Below, in pieces: positions 62,202-64,000 of a stretch of 64,000 bases of DNA. A program made the translations under genes and the position numbers. This DNA is from an uncultured Chloroflexia bacterium (GTDB taxonomy: Bacteria; Chloroflexota; Limnocylindria; Limnocylindrales; CSP1-4): positions 1 to 64,000 of the forward strand of contig CAWHDR010000005.1 in assembly GCA_963828165.1 (NCBI GenBank). Reading direction: 5' to 3'. The notes under the pieces are model-generated. The model had not been told where the DNA came from and made no database searches. It worked only from the letters and a program-made list of their open reading frames with translations. Numbering within the stretch: the stretch's first letter is position 1; every line of letters starts with the position of its first letter.

Positions 62202-63599
62202 ATGAGCACGTCCTTCGACTTCGTCGTCATCGGTGCCGGCCCCGGTGGCGAGGCCGCCGCGAACAAGGCCCGCGAGCTCGGGGCGACGGTCGCGATCGTG
62301 GACAACCGCTGGTTCGGTGGCAGCTGCCCGCATGTCGGCTGCATCCCGTCCAAGTCGCTGCTCCACGGGGCATACGAGCATGCGAAGAACCCGGCTGCCT
62401 ACGAATGGTCGCGCGCCTCTGCCCGACGCGACTACATGGTCAACCGCTCGACCGACGCCGACGAGCCTGACGACAGAAGCCACGTCGCGGCGCTCGAGAA
62501 GGCTGGGGCGACCGCATACCGCGGCGAAGGCCGCATCACGCGTCGCGGTGTCGTCACGGTCAGCCACGACGACGAGGCGCACGAGCTGACGACCAAGCAC
62601 GTGGTGGTCGCCGTGGGCTCGGTCTCGAAGCGGGTCGACATGCCGGGACTCGCCGAAACGAAGCCGTGGACGAACGAGGAAGCGACGCTGACCCGTGAGC
62701 TGCCACGCAGCCTGGTGGTCCTCGGGGGCGGCCCGACCGGGTGTGAGCTGGCCCAGGTCTATGCGCGGTTCGGGGTGCCGACGACGATCGTCCAGTCCGG
62801 TCCGCGGCTCGCCCCGACCGACCACCCGCGCAACTCCGACGTGATCCGCAAGACCCTCGAGGCGGACGGAGTCACCGTACGTACCGATGTCCGCGCCGTG
62901 AGAGCGCGTGCTGGCGAAGGTCGCGACGGAGCCCACGTGATCGAGCTCGGCGATGGCTCCTCCGTCGAGGGTCACGCGATCCTGACCGCGGTCGGTCGTC
63001 AGTTCCCGATCGACGACCTGGGCCTGGAGCACTACGGCCTGGACGCTTCAGGCCGGACGCCACTGTTCCCGCGTGACGGCCGCCTGCGGATCGCGGACGG
63101 CCTCTACGTCGTGGGCGACGCCGCCGGCCCCGAGCTGCACACACACCAGGCGCACTACCAGGGCGGGATGGCCGTTCGGATGGCGCTCGGTGAAGAGGTG
63201 ACGCCCGACTACCGCGCGCTGCCGCGCGCGACCTACACGGATCCGGAGGCGGCGTTCGTGGGGGTGACGGTCGAGGCCGCTCGGGAGGCGGGTACGGATG
63301 CCTTCGAGCTCGTCGCCGACTTCGCGACCAGCAGCCGCGGCTACGGCGTCGAGGCGTCGCTGGGCCACGTGACGATCGTGATCGACCGGGCGAACCGCCA
63401 GCTCGTGGGCGCTGCCATCGCGTGTCCCGATGCATCCGCTGCCATCCACGAGTGCGTCGTGGCCATCCAGGCACGCGTCCCGATGGACACCCTGGCAGCG
63501 GCAATCCACGCATTCCCGTCGACCTCGCGCATCCTCGACGGCCTCTACGCGGACGCGCTCCGCGAGCTCGAGCGTCCGGGGAGCGTGCTCAAAGGTTGA
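62202..63599 (+). CDS. Pyridine nucleotide-disulfide oxidoreductase (dihydrolipoamide dehydrogenase/mercuric reductase family)
   Basis: GAGPGG, GGSCPHVGCIPSK, GGGPTGCE, GD, IHAFPS. Confidence 0.92.
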   Translation: MSTSFDFVVIGAGPGGEAAANKARELGATVAIVDNRWFGGSCPHVGCIPSKSLLHGAYEHAKNPAAYEWSRASARRDYMVNRSTDADEPDDRSHVAALEKAGATAYRGEGRITRRGVVTVSHDDEAHELTTKHVVVAVGSVSKRVDMPGLAETKPWTNEEATLTRELPRSLVVLGGGPTGCELAQVYARFGVPTTIVQSGPRLAPTDHPRNSDVIRKTLEADGVTVRTDVRAVRARAGEGRDGAHVIELGDGSSVEGHAILTAVGRQFPIDDLGLEHYGLDASGRTPLFPRDGRLRIADGLYVVGDAAGPELHTHQAHYQGGMAVRMALGEEVTPDYRALPRATYTDPEAAFVGVTVEAAREAGTDAFELVADFATSSRGYGVEASLGHVTIVIDRANRQLVGAAIACPDASAAIHECVVAIQARVPMDTLAAAIHAFPSTSRILDGLYADALRELERPGSVLKG

Positions 63600-63606
63600 G
63601 CCGAGC

Positions 63607-64000
63607 TCAGGCTTCGAAGACGACCTCGCCGTCGAGCAGGACCATCGCCGGGACGTGTCGTCGACAGGGGGCCGCCGGGCGTGACCGGTTCGTCGATCGC
63701 GGCGGCCGGGATGACCACGACATCGGCACGCTGGCCGGCGATCAGGCGGCCGCGGTCGCGCTCGCGCGCGGACATCGCAGGGTCGACGCATGCGGCGCGC
63801 AACGCTCGGTCGAGGGTCAGGGACTGCTCCTCCGCGTAGATCGGGGTGCCGGCCGGCCAGCGTGGGTCCTCGCGGCGGACGGCCAGGGCGAGGCCCGGCC
63901 ACGGGTCGTACGACTCGACCGGCGCATCCGTCCCGAACGCCATGACGGCGCCGGTATCGGCGATCGACTTCCAGGTGTAGGCCGTCGCCTCGGCGCGGTC
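63607..64000 (-). CDS. Amidohydrolase (YtcJ-like), 3' part, truncated by the window end
   Basis: AYTWKSI..AFGTDAPVE, GRLIAGQRADVVV, LDGEVVF. Confidence 0.85.

Noticed and set aside
4177-63902. Many long antisense or alternate-frame ORFs in the track (e.g. 5157-6779, 24960-26675, 34626-36608, 58158-59852)
   Set aside because: Shadow ORFs of high-GC coding sequence with no recognisable motifs
1-64000. Widespread frameshifts read as pseudogenes or programmed frameshifting (mttB, ABC genes, terC, recombinase, rep, ruvB, ruvC, tgt, mutS2)
   Set aside because: They hit many unrelated conserved genes without slippery signals, typical of unpolished long-read error; recombinase and rep integrity still needs read-level checking

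Overview
High-GC bacterial chromosome segment. Gene order (recX-recA, rny-ymdB, thrS T-box-infC-rpmI-rplT-pheST, yerC-his operon) and protein style suggest Chloroflexota, possibly Limnocylindria; this is inference only. Many conserved genes carry single-base indels, most likely long-read sequencing errors. Most of the window is housekeeping: mttB-like gene, peptide ABC transporter, miaB, terC, PHP, rny, recA, tgt, ruvABC, EF-G paralogue, his genes, tyrS, PBP1A, mutS2, pheST, tRNA-Val. The exception is an ~12.5 kb island (10182-22635) between the PHP and ymdB genes. It holds a large serine recombinase, a small antisense ORF and a rolling-circle HUH Rep. These are followed by 17 single-gene cassettes (281-798 bp), delimited by 18 directly repeated 24-25 bp sites (consensus GTGWCATTSVCGVACRCTKTGCGAC). 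A half-matching hybrid site lies just upstream of the recombinase. The sites are not attC and not CRISPR repeats, and no IntI gene is present. Most cassettes carry their own leaderless-type -10 promoter and encode lipoproteins, secreted proteins or immunity-like proteins. This looks like an integron-like gene-cassette system associated with a serine recombinase and an RCR replicon, which I do not recognise as described.
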